A DNA stretch of 64,000 bases from Anaeromyxobacter sp. (GTDB lineage: Bacteria; Myxococcota; Myxococcia; Myxococcales; Anaeromyxobacteraceae): assembly GCA_049840735.1 (NCBI GenBank), contig JASGJN010000020.1, positions 1-64,000 on the forward strand. Direction: 5' to 3'. Position numbers and translations under genes: made by a program. Positions 1 to 13,449 of this stretch are shown piece by piece. Below the pieces are notes generated by a model. The model searched no databases and had not been told where the DNA came from. It saw only the letters and a list, made by a program, of their open reading frames with translations. Every line of letters starts with the position of its first letter. The first letter of the stretch is position 1.

Positions 1-1069
1 GAGGAAGCCAGCCAGCTTCAGGCGCTGCGCCTCGCCGCCGGAGAGCGCTCGGCACCGGCTGCCCGAGCCTCACGTACTCCAAACCCACGTCGACGAATCG
101 GCTGCAGCACCCGCAGCACCTCGCGGTCGTCGCGGAACAGCTGCACCGCCTCGCTGACGGTGAGCTCCAGCACGTCGGCCACGCTGAGGTCGCGCATCAC
201 CTCGCCCGGCGCACGGCGGTCGATCTTCACGTCGAGGACCTCGGCGCGGTAGCGGCGGCCGTCGCAGTCCTGGCAGCGCAGGTAGACGTCGCTGAGGAAC
301 TGCATCTCGACATGTTCGAAGCCCGAGCCGCCGCAGGTCGGGCAGCGGCCGTCGCCGGCGTTGAAGCTGAACATGCCGGCGCCGTAACCGCGCTGCAGCG
401 CCAGCGGCGCCTGCGCGAACAGCTTGCGGATCTCGTCGAAGGCACCGACGTAGCTGGCCGGGTTGGAACGCGCCGTCTTGCCGATCGGCGACTGGTCGAC
501 GAACACCGCATCGGCCAGCCACTCGGCGCCGAGCAGGCGGTCGTGCTCGCCCGGCGTCTCGGTGGCCTTGCCGAAATGGCGCTGCAGCGCCGGGAACAGC
601 ACGTCCTGCATCAGCGTGCTCTTGCCGAGCCCGACACGCCGGTCACGCAGACCAGGTGCTGCAGCGGGAACTCGACCGTCAGGTTCTTCAGGTTGTGCTC
701 GCGCGCGCCCTCGACGATCAGCTTGGGCGTGGACGGCGACATCGGCCGCTTGATGCCCATGCCCACATGCTTGCGGCCGCCGAGGTAGGCGCCGGTCAGC
801 GTGTCGGCCTGGCGGATCGCCTCCGGCGTGCCGTCGAAGACGATCGTCCCGCCGCGTTCGCCGGGGCCGGGGCCCATGTCGATCAGCCGGTCGGCGGCCA
901 GCATCACCGCCGGGTCGTGCTCGACGACGACCAGCGTGTTGCCGGCGTCACGCAGCCGCTGCATGGCCTCGACGATGCGGTTCATGTCGCGCGGGTGCAG
1001 GCCGATGCTGGGCTCGTCGAGCACGAACATGGTGTTGACCAGCGAGGTGCCGAGCGCCGTCGTCAGGTT
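1..1069 (-). CDS. uvrA: Excinuclease ABC subunit A, internal fragment (cut off at ~1070 on its 5' side, runs off the window start; frameshifts near 45, 97 and 625)
   Basis: ORFs 611..1414 and 18..611/70..522 contain UvrA motifs: [39 protein letters not shown], Walker A VTGVSGSGKS (split by a frameshift), VDQSPIG, zinc-finger [19 protein letters not shown], and [12 protein letters not shown] at the window start. Similarity stops abruptly at NLTTALG (~1069). Confidence 0.9.
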
Positions 1070-1070
1070 G

Positions 1071-1937
1071 CGGGCTCGGCCGACGCCATCAGCCTCACCG
1101 AGAAGGGCCTCATCAGAATCATCATGGCCTACACGCGGGAGGCCGGCGTCCGCAGCCTGGAGCGGCGCATCGCCGACGTGTGCCGGGCCGTGGCGGTCGA
1201 GGTGGCCAGCGGCAAGATCCCGGCCGGCGGCAAGCGGGCCGTGGACGAGCCGGAGGTCCTCGAGATGCTGGGGCCGGAGCGGTTCTACAACAGAGACCGC
1301 CGAGCGCACGGAGATCCCGGGCGTCGCGACCGGCCTCGCCTGGACGGCGGCCGGCGGCGACATTCTCTTCATCGAGGCCACCAAGATGACCGGCAAGGGG
1401 TCGCTCACCCTCACCGGCCAGCTGGGCGACGTGATGAAGGAGTCGGCGCAGGCGGCCCTCTCCTACCTGCGCTCCAAGTCCGACACGCTGGGGATCGCGC
1501 CCAACTTCCTGGAGAAGACCGACATCCACCTGCACTTCCCGGCCGGCTCCATCCCCAAGGACGGCCCCAGCGCCGGCGTCACCATCCTCACCGCGCTGGT
1601 CTCGCTCCTCACCGGCATCCGCGTCCGCTCGGACGTGGCCATGACCGGCGAGGCCACCCTCCGCGGCCTGGTGCTGCCGGTGGGCGGCATCAAGGAGAAG
1701 GTCCTGGCGGCGCACCGCGCCGGCATCAAGCGGGTCATCATCCCGGCCCGCAACGAGAAGGACCTGATCGACGTGCCGGAGCAGGCGCGCAAGGAGCTGG
1801 AGTTCGTCTACGCCGCCCACATGGACGAGGTCCTGAAGGCGGCGCTGGAGGAGAGCCCGCTCGGCCGCCCCGCGCCGGTCCCGCCGCCCGAGGGCGACCA
1901 GAAGCCGACGCAGAAGGCGCCCGAGGTGCGGGTGTAG
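1071..1937 (+). CDS. lon: ATP-dependent protease La (Lon), C-terminal fragment (end of AAA+ domain plus protease domain); frameshift near 1291
   Basis: [12 protein letters not shown] in ORF 656..2140. ORF 801..1937 continues with [33 protein letters not shown] (catalytic Ser), AMTGE and PVGGIKEK (catalytic Lys). No N-terminal domain or Walker A lies upstream. Confidence 0.92.
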   Translation, partial: RARPTPSASPRRASSESSWPTRGRPASAAWSGASPTCAGPWRSRWPAARSRPAASGPWTSRRSSRCWGRSGSTTETAERTEIPGVATGLAWTAAGGDILFIEATKMTGKGSLTLTGQLGDVMKESAQAALSYLRSKSDTLGIAPNFLEKTDIHLHFPAGSIPKDGPSAGVTILTALVSLLTGIRVRSDVAMTGEATLRGLVLPVGGIKEKVLAAHRAGIKRVIIPARNEKDLIDVPEQARKELEFVYAAHMDEVLKAALEESPLGRPAPVPPPEGDQKPTQKAPEVRV

Positions 1938-1966
1938 GGCGTCGCGCCCCGCGCAGTCTTGCCCTG

Positions 1967-2031
1967 CCCTTCGACTCCGGGCCCGGCCTGGGTTGGCCTT
2001 CCAACCCGGTGCCGGGCCCTACGCTCAGGGC
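1967..2031. repeat. REP-like palindromic element, copy 1 (CCCTTCGACT - hairpin - TACGCTCAGGGC)
   Basis: Conserved flanks are shared with copy 2 at 2083. The internal stem is gggcccggc/gggttgg...ccaaccc/gccgggccc. It lies just downstream of the lon stop. Confidence 0.65.
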
Positions 2032-2082
2032 GGACGGCCTCGATCAGGCCAGTCGAGGCTGTCTGCCCTGGTCCGGCCTGAG

Positions 2083-2124
2083 CCCTTCGACTTCGCGTCC
2101 GCATTGCGGACGCTACGCTCAGGG
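2083..2124. repeat. REP-like palindromic element, copy 2 (interrupted by the IS; continues at 3837-3852)
   Basis: CCCTTCGACTTC-gcgtccgc att gcggacgc-TACGCTCAGGG. The sequence after the IS (caggcggAGTCGAAGG) is complementary to CCTTCGACT. Confidence 0.65.
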
Positions 2125-2250
2125 CAGGCGTGATTGGTAGCGCGAGGCCCCGCCCGAAGTAGTCGGCCGTGAGGGCGCCGGGTTAGGCCGCCGCAGCCCA
2201 TGACCGTGGGGCACGCACAAATTCGCGCGCCCATCTCCACTCAGGGTACG

Positions 2251-2291
2251 AAAGAAAAGCGGCGGGCGATCCTCGAACGATCGCCCGCCGC
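2251..2291 (-). terminator. Strong hairpin with adjacent A-run in the IS leader (intrinsic-terminator-like on the minus strand)
   Basis: 13-bp perfect stem GCGGCGGGCGATC (2259-2271) / GATCGCCCGCCGC (2279-2291), preceded by AAAGAAAA (a U-tract on the minus strand). Confidence 0.5.
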
Positions 2292-2302
2292 ACGGCTGTC
2301 GT

Positions 2303-3672
2303 CGGGTAGGAGCCCGGCGGATGCCAACGACCCCGAGGATCATACGAGAGGCGATCCGTGAGGGAAAGGGCTGTGAGGAGGGTGGCGGGGCTGCTGCGCG
2401 CCCGGCTGCCGGAGCTGGACCTGGACAGGGTTTACGACCCCCGGGCACGGGAGGGCCGGTGGGCGCTGTCGCAGATCCTCCGGGCCACGCTGCTGGGGCT
2501 GATGGCGGGATGCCGCAGCCTCTGGGACGCGGAGCGGCTCACCGACAACCTGGCTCCGGCGATGCGTCGCCGCCTGGGGCTGCCGCGGCGGCTGGCGGAC
2601 ACGACGGCGCGGGACGCGCTCTGCCGCGTGCCGCTCGAGTCGCTGCGGGCGGCGCTGCACCGCGCGGTCCGGGCGGCGTGGCGCCGGAAGGCGCTCGCGC
2701 CTGTGGGGCTGCCATTCGGCGTCGTGGCGTTGGACGGCAAGGTGACGATGCTGCCGGTCCTCAACCACCCGCTGGTGCAGAACCACATCGAAGGGCAGGC
2801 GGTCCCGTTCGGCCTGGTGCGGACGGTGACGTGCGCGCTGGTCTCGGCGGCGGGGCGGCCCTGCATCGACGCCATCCCGATCCCCGCCCAGGCGAACGAG
2901 GTGGGCTTCTTCCAGCAGGCGTTCGAGCGCCTGACCGCTGTGCACGGTGGCCTCTTCCGCGTGGTGACCTACGACGCCGGCGCGCTCTCCGAGGCCAACG
3001 CCAGCGCCGTGGTGGCCGCGGGCAAGGATTACCTGTTCACGCTCAAGGGCGAGCAGCGGACCATGTTCAAGCTGGCGAGCGAGCTCCTGGGCGCGCAGGA
3101 GATGGCGGCCCAGACGCTGGACGTGCTCGACAACGCCACCACCGTCACCCGCAGCCTGACGCTGCTGGGCGTCGATCCGAGCTGGAGCTACAGCGGCAGC
3201 AAGACGCCGGAGGAGTCGGTCTGGGGGCACGCCGGGACTTTCCTGCGGGTGGAATACGTCAAGCGGCGCGGCGGGGAGATCGTCGAGCAGGACGCCCGCC
3301 TCTTCGTGAGCAGCCTGCAGCCGGGCAGGCTCACGCCAGCCCAGTGGATGCTCCTCGTCCGCCGCCACTGGGGCGTGGAGAACCAGAACCACTACACCCT
3401 CGACACCGCCTTCGCCGAGGACGACCGGCCCTGGATCGAGGCCGACCCCCAGGGCATGCTGGCGGTGCTGCTGCTCCGGCGGATCGCGTACACGCTGCTG
3501 GCCCTCTACCGCGCAGTCACGCTCCGGTCGGACGAGGGCCGGGCCACCCGCTGGCGAGATCTGCTGGCGACGGTGCGCGACGTCCTCGTCGCCGCCACCG
3601 AGGAGCAGCTCGCGGGTCTCCGCCCGCACCCCGTCGCCGCCGCGACACGCTGAAACGCCGGGCTCCTACCCG
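2303..3672. repeat. Perfect 17-bp internal inverted repeat pair bracketing the transposase ORF (2303-2319 and 3656-3672)
   Basis: CGGGTAGGAGCCCGGCG at 2303-2319 and its exact reverse complement CGCCGGGCTCCTACCCG at 3656-3672. Confidence 0.8.
2358..3653 (+). CDS. ISAs1-family DDE transposase (true start may be ATG 2321 with an indel near 2360)
   Basis: Motifs DPR..GRW.L, ALDGK, TYDAG, DYLFTLKGEQ and RRHWGVENQNHYTLDTAFAED are typical of ISAs1/H-repeat transposases. Confidence 0.88.
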   Translation: MRERAVRRVAGLLRARLPELDLDRVYDPRAREGRWALSQILRATLLGLMAGCRSLWDAERLTDNLAPAMRRRLGLPRRLADTTARDALCRVPLESLRAALHRAVRAAWRRKALAPVGLPFGVVALDGKVTMLPVLNHPLVQNHIEGQAVPFGLVRTVTCALVSAAGRPCIDAIPIPAQANEVGFFQQAFERLTAVHGGLFRVVTYDAGALSEANASAVVAAGKDYLFTLKGEQRTMFKLASELLGAQEMAAQTLDVLDNATTVTRSLTLLGVDPSWSYSGSKTPEESVWGHAGTFLRVEYVKRRGGEIVEQDARLFVSSLQPGRLTPAQWMLLVRRHWGVENQNHYTLDTAFAEDDRPWIEADPQGMLAVLLLRRIAYTLLALYRAVTLRSDEGRATRWRDLLATVRDVLVAATEEQLAGLRPHPVAAATR

Positions 3673-3880
3673 CGGCGGCGACATCGAAGGGACCTGAGGT
3701 GAGCGGCCGCCGCGACCGGCGCCGGCCTGCCGTGGCCGCCGTACGCCTCGACGTCCAGCCCCGCAACCTCCCGCGACCCCGGCGGGAACGCCCGAAGTCC
3801 GCGCCCCGCCTGGCCGATCGGTCCTGACGCTCAGGGCAGGCGGAGTCGAAGGCCAGGGACCCAGATGCTAAGCTCCGTCC

Positions 3881-4942
3881 ATGGGGGAGCGGCTCGCCAT
3901 CCTGACCGGCTCGGCCGGCGCGGTGCACGACGCGGTCGCGGCGGCGGTCCGCGCCGCCGGCCTCGAGGTGCACCACGTCCCGCTGCTCGGCCCGGGCGCC
4001 CCGCGCCCCGGCGCCGAGGTGCGCCGGGCGGAGCTGGTCATCCACCTCGGGCTGCGCACGCCGCGCGAGCTGGACGAGGCCCGGCGCGCCGAGCTGGAGG
4101 CGGGCGCCGCCGCCACCGCCGCCGGGCTGGCGCGCGACCTGGGCGCCCGCCGGCTCATCCACGTCTCCTCCACCGCCGTCTACGGCCGCCCGCGCAACCT
4201 GCCCTGCCGCGAGGGCGAGCTGAAGGCGCCGCGCACCACGTTCGAGCGGATCCGCTGGCGCGCCGAGCAGGCCAGCTGGGGCGCCTTCCGGCGCGGCACG
4301 CCGCTCACCGTGCTCCGGCCGGCGCTGCTCTACGGCCCCACGCTGCGCGGCGGCCCGGCCCGCACGCTGGCGCTGGTGGCGCTCTTCAACCAGGGACGGC
4401 GGCGCGTGCCCATCCTGCGGCGCGGCCCGGTGGCCCACCTGCTCCACCTGGACGACCTGGCCCGCGCGGTGGTCCACGTGGCGCTCCACCCGGACGACCG
4501 CGCCGTGCAGGGCCGCGCCTTCAACGTGGCCGACGACGCCCCCATGCCGCTGGGCGAGCACCTGGAGGCCGCGCTCACGGCGCTCGGCTACGAGACCGGC
4601 CGCGTGATCCCCACGCTCCCGCGCCTCATCGCCAGCCTGCTCTGGCTGGTGCGCCACGTGCCCGATCGGACCCTGCTCGCCACCATCAACCGGCGCTTCG
4701 CCCGCCGCTGGCACCGGCTGGCCGACCAGACCGGGGTGAGCGGCGCGCTCTCGCCCCGTGTGGACCGCGAGGCGCTGCACTGGATGAGCGCCGACCACTA
4801 CTACGACACCCAGCGGCTGGCCTCGATCGGCTGGACCCCGCAGCACCCTGTCTCGTCCGCGGCTTTCCCCGAGACGGTTCGCGCCCTTGTGGCGGCCCAG
4901 CACCTGCCCGGCTCGGCGGGTCGCCCCATCGCCACCTGGTAG
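3881..4942 (+). CDS. NAD-dependent epimerase/dehydratase-like (extended SDR) protein with degenerate catalytic motifs
   Basis: ILTGSAG, HVSSTAVYG, LRPALLYGP, LHLDDLARA and AFNVAD match the extended SDR fold. The YxxxK position reads FERIR. Confidence 0.75.
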   Translation: MGERLAILTGSAGAVHDAVAAAVRAAGLEVHHVPLLGPGAPRPGAEVRRAELVIHLGLRTPRELDEARRAELEAGAAATAAGLARDLGARRLIHVSSTAVYGRPRNLPCREGELKAPRTTFERIRWRAEQASWGAFRRGTPLTVLRPALLYGPTLRGGPARTLALVALFNQGRRRVPILRRGPVAHLLHLDDLARAVVHVALHPDDRAVQGRAFNVADDAPMPLGEHLEAALTALGYETGRVIPTLPRLIASLLWLVRHVPDRTLLATINRRFARRWHRLADQTGVSGALSPRVDREALHWMSADHYYDTQRLASIGWTPQHPVSSAAFPETVRALVAAQHLPGSAGRPIATW

Positions 4943-5183
4943 GCCGCGCGCCGGCGGGCCCAGGGCGCCCGTGCCGCGATGGTCCCGAGGGGCCTGACGC
5001 GCGCGACTCGGCTATGGCCGAGGCGCGGCAGCCGTGTCATAGTGGCCAGAGTCGGTCCGGCACGGATGTCGCGAAACGGTGGCGACCCGCGGACCCTGAA
5101 CCCGGGGGCTCGATGTGTGGAGAGGTGCGCGGAGCGGTGAGCCGCCTTCCTCACCCGGTCCCCCGGGCGCGCGGAGCGCGCGC

Positions 5184-6983
5184 GTGATCCGCATGCTGGG
5201 CCGCTACGAGCTGCTCGAGCAGGTCGGCAGCGGCGGCATGGCCGTGGTCTACCGCGGCCGCGACACCGCGCTCGATCGCGAGGTGGCGGTCAAGCTGCTC
5301 CACCCTCACCTGGCCAGCGCCCCGGAGTCGAGGGCCCGCTTCTCGCGCGAGGCCCGCGCGGTGGCCCGCCTCTCCCACCCGGGCATCGTCGAGATCTACG
5401 ACTACGCCGGCGACGGCGCGCCCGAGGCCTTCCTGGTCACCGAGTTCATCCGGGGCCGGACGCTGCGCCAGTTCGCGGCCGAGGTGGGGTTCGCGCTGCC
5501 CGAGCTGGGCATGCTGGTGGGGCGCGCGCTGGCCGACGCGCTGGTGCACGCCCACTCGGCCGGCGTCATCCACCGCGACCTGAAGCCGGAGAACGTGCTG
5601 GTGCAGGAGGTCGAGCGGCCGGCGGTGAAGCTGGCCGACTTCGGCATCGCCCGCATCCTGGCCTCGGACGAGCGGATGACCATGACCGGCGCGCTGGTGG
5701 GCTCGCCCCACCACATGCCGCCGGAGGTGGTGGAGGGGCGCGACGCCGACGTGCGGAGCGACGTCTACTCCCTCGGCACCATCCTGTACTGGCTCGCCAC
5801 CGGGAAGCTCCCCTTCGCCGCGCCCAACCCGACCGCCATCCTGCGCCGCGTCCTGCAGGGCGACTTCGAGGACCCGCGCGCGGTCGACACCCGCGTCTCG
5901 GACGGCCTGGCCGACCTGATCGGCCGCTGCCTGCGCCTCGATCCCGCGGAGCGGCCGGAGAGCGCCGCGGCGGTGCGCGATGCGCTGGACGTCGTGCTGG
6001 CGGAGGTGGGCGTGGAGCGGCCCCCCGAGGCGCTGGTGGCGTTCCTGCGCGACCCGGAGGGCGAGAAGGTCCGCTTCACCGCGCAGGTGGTGGCGGCGCT
6101 GACCGGGCGCGGCGACCAGGCCGCGGCCGAGGGGGCCACGGCGCGCGCCCTGCGGTTCTACGGGCGCGTGCTGGCCATCGACCCGGCCAGCACCGAGGTG
6201 CCGCAGAAGCTGGCCCGCCTGGCCCGCCGCCGCCGGCTGCGGCGCGTGCTGGGCTGGGGCGGCGCCGCGGCGCTGGCGCTGGCCGGGCTGGCGGCGGCCG
6301 GCCTGGCGCTCTGGCCGCACCTGCGCCAAGGCCCGGTCCCCGCGCCCCGCCCGCCCTCCGCGCAGGCCGGCAGCGGCGCGCGCCCGTCCTCCCGGCCCGG
6401 CCAGCCGACGCGCCCGCCGCCGCAGGTGGTCACCCCGCCGGCCCAGGCGGGCAGCGCCCAGCCCCGGCCCGCGCCAGGCACCGGGCCGGCGCGCAAGCCG
6501 GCCACCCCGGCGGTCACCCCGCTCGCGGTCCACGTCCGCCCCTACGCCCAGCGCGCGCTCCTGGACGGCGTGGAGGTGGCCCGCGGCCAGCAGGTGATCC
6601 GCTTCGAGCTCACGCCCGGCCCGCACACCATCCAGCTCGAGCACAGCTGCTGCAGCCCCTTCGTCCGGCAGGTGACGCCGGAGGACGCCGCGCAGCAGGG
6701 CGGCGAGTGGCGCGTGCCGCTGGAGCCGCGCCCGGCCCGCCTGCGCGTGGAGGGCGACCCGGCCACCCGCGTCTACGTGGACGGCAAGCTGGCCGGCACC
6801 GCCGGCGACTCGCAGCGCGGCGGGCTTCAAGTACCGGTGCCGGCGGGCGCCGAGAACCCCTACGAGGCCACCGCCCGCATCGGCCTGGAGCCGCCCGGCG
6901 CACCCGCGCGCGAGCTGCAGGTCCGGCTGCGCGCCGGCGCCGACGTGACCGTGGCTGCGCCCGACGCCGAGGTGGCCCCGTGA
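5184..6983 (+). CDS. Hanks-type Ser/Thr protein kinase with transmembrane helix, Pro-rich linker and PEGA-like C-terminal region
   Basis: GSGGMAVVY, VAVKLL, HRDLKPEN, DFGIAR, DVYSLG; hydrophobic segment GAAALALAGLAAAGLALW. Start is GTG 5184 or ATG 5193. Confidence 0.92.
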   Translation: MIRMLGRYELLEQVGSGGMAVVYRGRDTALDREVAVKLLHPHLASAPESRARFSREARAVARLSHPGIVEIYDYAGDGAPEAFLVTEFIRGRTLRQFAAEVGFALPELGMLVGRALADALVHAHSAGVIHRDLKPENVLVQEVERPAVKLADFGIARILASDERMTMTGALVGSPHHMPPEVVEGRDADVRSDVYSLGTILYWLATGKLPFAAPNPTAILRRVLQGDFEDPRAVDTRVSDGLADLIGRCLRLDPAERPESAAAVRDALDVVLAEVGVERPPEALVAFLRDPEGEKVRFTAQVVAALTGRGDQAAAEGATARALRFYGRVLAIDPASTEVPQKLARLARRRRLRRVLGWGGAAALALAGLAAAGLALWPHLRQGPVPAPRPPSAQAGSGARPSSRPGQPTRPPPQVVTPPAQAGSAQPRPAPGTGPARKPATPAVTPLAVHVRPYAQRALLDGVEVARGQQVIRFELTPGPHTIQLEHSCCSPFVRQVTPEDAAQQGGEWRVPLEPRPARLRVEGDPATRVYVDGKLAGTAGDSQRGGLQVPVPAGAENPYEATARIGLEPPGAPARELQVRLRAGADVTVAAPDAEVAP

Positions 6984-7834
6984 ACGCGATCCCGCTGCTG
7001 CTGTCGCTGGCGCTCCTGGCGCCGCCGGAGCTGAAGCGCGCCAAGGACCGGTTCGAGTTCGGCGCCTACGCCGACGCCGCCGGGACGCTGCGCCAGCTGC
7101 TCTCGGCCGACCCGGAGATGAGCGACGCCGAGTTCATCGAGGCCTACCGGATGCTGGGCATCGCCCAGTACCACCTGGGCGACCTCCCCCAGGCCCGCGC
7201 CGCCTTCGTGAACCTGCTCTCCTACGACCCGGACTACGCGCTGGATCCGTTCCTGGTCCCGCCCGCCATCGTCGAGTTCTTCGACCGCGTGAAGAAGGAG
7301 CACGAGCCGGCCCTTGCCCCGCTGCGCGAGCGGCGGCGCGCCCTGCGCGAGCAGCAGCGGCTTGCCGACGACGCCAAGCGGCGGCTGCTGGCGGAGGAGG
7401 CGGCCCGCTCCGGCGGCACGCTGACCCGCACCATCCGCGTCGAGGAGCACCACTACATCTTCAACTGGATGCCGCTGGGCGCCGGGCAGTTCCAGAACGG
7501 CGACCGGGCCAAGGGCACGGCCATCGCGGTGACGCAGGTGGTGGCGGGGCTGGTCAACGTGGCCGCCATCATCGCCCACAACCAGATCGCCGACGACCGG
7601 AGCCGGAGCTGCGTCTCCGGCGAGCCCGGCTGCTCGCACCCGCCCTACAGCGACTCCGACCGCGACCTGCTGGGCCGGGTCGAGGCGGTGAAGTACATCT
7701 CCGCGGCCATCTTCTGGGGCACCTACGCCTACGGCGTCTGGGACGCCCACCGGAACTACGTGCCGCTGGTGGAGACCGAGATCGTGCCGGGGCCCAGGCC
7801 GTCCGGCAGCGTCAAGCTCGAGTGGAAGTTCTGA
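6980..7834 (+). CDS. Exported TPR-containing protein
   Basis: GTG start overlaps the kinase stop (GTGA). Signal-like N-terminus ([11 protein letters not shown]) and TPR-like helix pair [31 protein letters not shown]. Confidence 0.7.
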   Translation: MNAIPLLLSLALLAPPELKRAKDRFEFGAYADAAGTLRQLLSADPEMSDAEFIEAYRMLGIAQYHLGDLPQARAAFVNLLSYDPDYALDPFLVPPAIVEFFDRVKKEHEPALAPLRERRRALREQQRLADDAKRRLLAEEAARSGGTLTRTIRVEEHHYIFNWMPLGAGQFQNGDRAKGTAIAVTQVVAGLVNVAAIIAHNQIADDRSRSCVSGEPGCSHPPYSDSDRDLLGRVEAVKYISAAIFWGTYAYGVWDAHRNYVPLVETEIVPGPRPSGSVKLEWKF

Positions 7835-7844
7835 AGGGATTGAC

Positions 7845-9697
<1,853 letters not shown>

Positions 9698-9701
<4 letters not shown>

Positions 9702-10288
9702 GGCGCGACCTGCCCGCGCTGGCCGGGCTGGCGCTGCTGCTGGCCGGCTGCCCCATCCCGCAGCCGCTGCCGGACTACGGCGGGGGCACCACCACCCCGC
9801 CCCGCATCGTGGCCGACGGCGCCACCCCCAATGACACCTTCGTGCGCATCGCCGCCGGCTGCTCCGGCGCCAAGCCCAGCGTGACGCTGGCCGCGTCGCT
9901 GGTGGACCCCAACACCGTCGAGACCGTCACCGCGCGCTGGTTCGTGGACTACGACCCGGAGAGCTCCTCGCGCCGCGTGCCGCTGCAGCAGACCGAGGTC
10001 CCGCCCCCCGACAGCGGCGCCACCGACCCGCTCAACCGCACCATCACGCCCTTCGCCTTCGTCCCCTACGACTACCCGCCCGCCGTGCTCCCCGCCGCGA
10101 GCTGGGACGCCTCCGGCGTGATCCACGTCGTGGAGCTGGTGGTGTCCAACGCCTTCGACGCCAGCGGCGACCCGCCCGGCAGCGCCGCGGCGCTCCCCTA
10201 CCGCAGCCCGGCGACGGGGTTCGAGACGCAGGTCTACCGCTGGACGGTGGTGCTGGTGCCGGAGTCGGGCGACGTGACCTGCCCGTGA
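9698..10288 (+). CDS. Lipoprotein of unknown function
   Basis: GTG start overlaps the previous stop; lipobox LLLAG-C; C-terminal part of ORF 8456..10288. Confidence 0.7.
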
Positions 10289-10340
10289 GCTGCGGGCCGG
10301 CCCTGGATCCCGCCCGGCCCCCTGCGCCGCCCGACCACCC

Positions 10341-10853
10341 CTACTTCACCACCGCCGCGCGCGCCTGCTCCAGCGCCTGCTGGGCGGCCACGGCCTGGGC
10401 GGCCTCCTCCTGCGCGAACCGGTAGACCTGGCCCCGGTAGGCGCGGTGGAGGGTCATGACCGCGTCGCGGGCCTTGGCCAGCTCCTCGCGCCCGCCGAAG
10501 CCCTGCGGGTCGCGGTCGGCGGCGTCCAGCCGGCAGCGGTCGGCCAGGTCGTCCACCCGCCGCTCCCAGTCGTGCGACCACTCGTCCCAGCGGGCGATGG
10601 CGTCTCCCTCGCCGATCTCGGCGCCGAGCTTCCAGGCGCGCTCGTTCTGCTCGCGCTGGAGCGCCTCCAGGTCGGTGACGCAGACCCGCAGGGCGGCGCG
10701 GGTGGGCAGCGTCCCGGCGGCGGCGGGGCGGACCGGCCCCCGGAGGTGCCGGGCGATGCTGGTGATGACCACCGACAGCGCGATCGCGAGGATCACGAAG
10801 TAGATGGCCCAGAGGGCCAGGCGGAACGGGCGGTAGCGGGGATCACGCGGCAC
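10341..10853 (-). CDS. Hypothetical membrane-anchored helical protein
   Basis: From GTG 10853: RPFRLALWAIYFVILAIALSVVITSIA (single TM helix), followed by an alpha-helical domain with two Cys. Confidence 0.6.
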   Translation of the reverse strand: MPRDPRYRPFRLALWAIYFVILAIALSVVITSIARHLRGPVRPAAAGTLPTRAALRVCVTDLEALQREQNERAWKLGAEIGEGDAIARWDEWSHDWERRVDDLADRCRLDAADRDPQGFGGREELAKARDAVMTLHRAYRGQVYRFAQEEAAQAVAAQQALEQARAAVVK

Positions 10854-11122
10854 GCGGCGGGACTGTGCCAAAGGGGCGGCAGGGCGTCCAATGGTTCCTT
10901 GCTGCGCTGCGCCGCGAGGGGGCATGAAGGCGCACCGCGCCCGGCTGGGTCCACGGGTGGCCGGGCGGCAACCCGGGGCTCCAGCGCCCCGCCGCGGCCG
11001 GGTGAGCGCGTCGAGGGGGGGCCACCGGACGCAGGCCTGCCGCGACCGAGCAGGCACGTCTTGGAGCGCCGGACGGGCCAGTCACACCGTGACCGGCGAG
11101 CACGATGGCAGGCCGAGGTGGC

Positions 11123-11338
11123 TCAGGGTTCCCTGGCGATCACGCCCAGGAACGTGCAGGGGCGCCGGCTGGCGAGGGCGGCCAGGCAGCGGATGTAGAC
11201 GCCCGGCCCCCAGAGCCGAAGGATGGTGAAGGAGTGGAGCAACACTTCCTTCCCTGTGATCGTCCCGCGCACGACCCTCGGTAATGCATCAGCGGTGCCG
11301 ACACGTGCTGCCGGCAGTTCTTTCCGGAAACGACGCAC
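11123..11338 (-). CDS. Small hypothetical protein
   Basis: 71-aa ORF with protein-like composition (ITGKEVLLHSFTILRLWGPGVYIRCLAAL), co-oriented between mutL and the 10853 gene. Start uncertain. Confidence 0.4.
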   Translation of the reverse strand: MRRFRKELPAARVGTADALPRVVRGTITGKEVLLHSFTILRLWGPGVYIRCLAALASRRPCTFLGVIAREP

Positions 11339-11438
11339 CCGCCGGAAAGCGGTCCGCCGCGTCGCGTCGAAAGGGCGTCGTTCTTACGCCCTGGTCGCTG
11401 CGATTCTTACAGGCCTCGTTCCCCCGCCAGCGGCAGGC

Positions 11439-13270
<1,832 letters not shown>

Positions 13271-13449
13271 GGGAGGCGTGTATCACGGGGGGGTGACAGG
13301 CGCGCGCGGTCCTTTCGTCCCGATTCTCCACGGCGTGGGACTCCCTTCGGCCGGCCGCGCGGGTCCAGGCGTCACATGGACGCGGGGTCCGGCCACGCCG
13401 GGGACGAATCCTCGGGATCATCTACCCTCAGTTCATGTACGGTGTGTGA

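Larger units (their letters stand above)
2125..3826 (+). mobile_element. ISAs1-family insertion sequence (~1.7 kb) with 10-bp target site duplication ACGCTCAGGG
   Basis: Direct repeat ACGCTCAGGG at 2115-2124 and 3827-3836. Imperfect terminal inverted repeats: CAGGcgtGATtGG (from 2125) and the reverse complement of the right end, CAGGaccGATcGG. One transposase ORF inside. Confidence 0.8.

Noticed and set aside
1961..2130. Mini CRISPR array
   Set aside because: There are only two units, the inserts are self-complementary hairpins of unequal length, and no cas genes are present.
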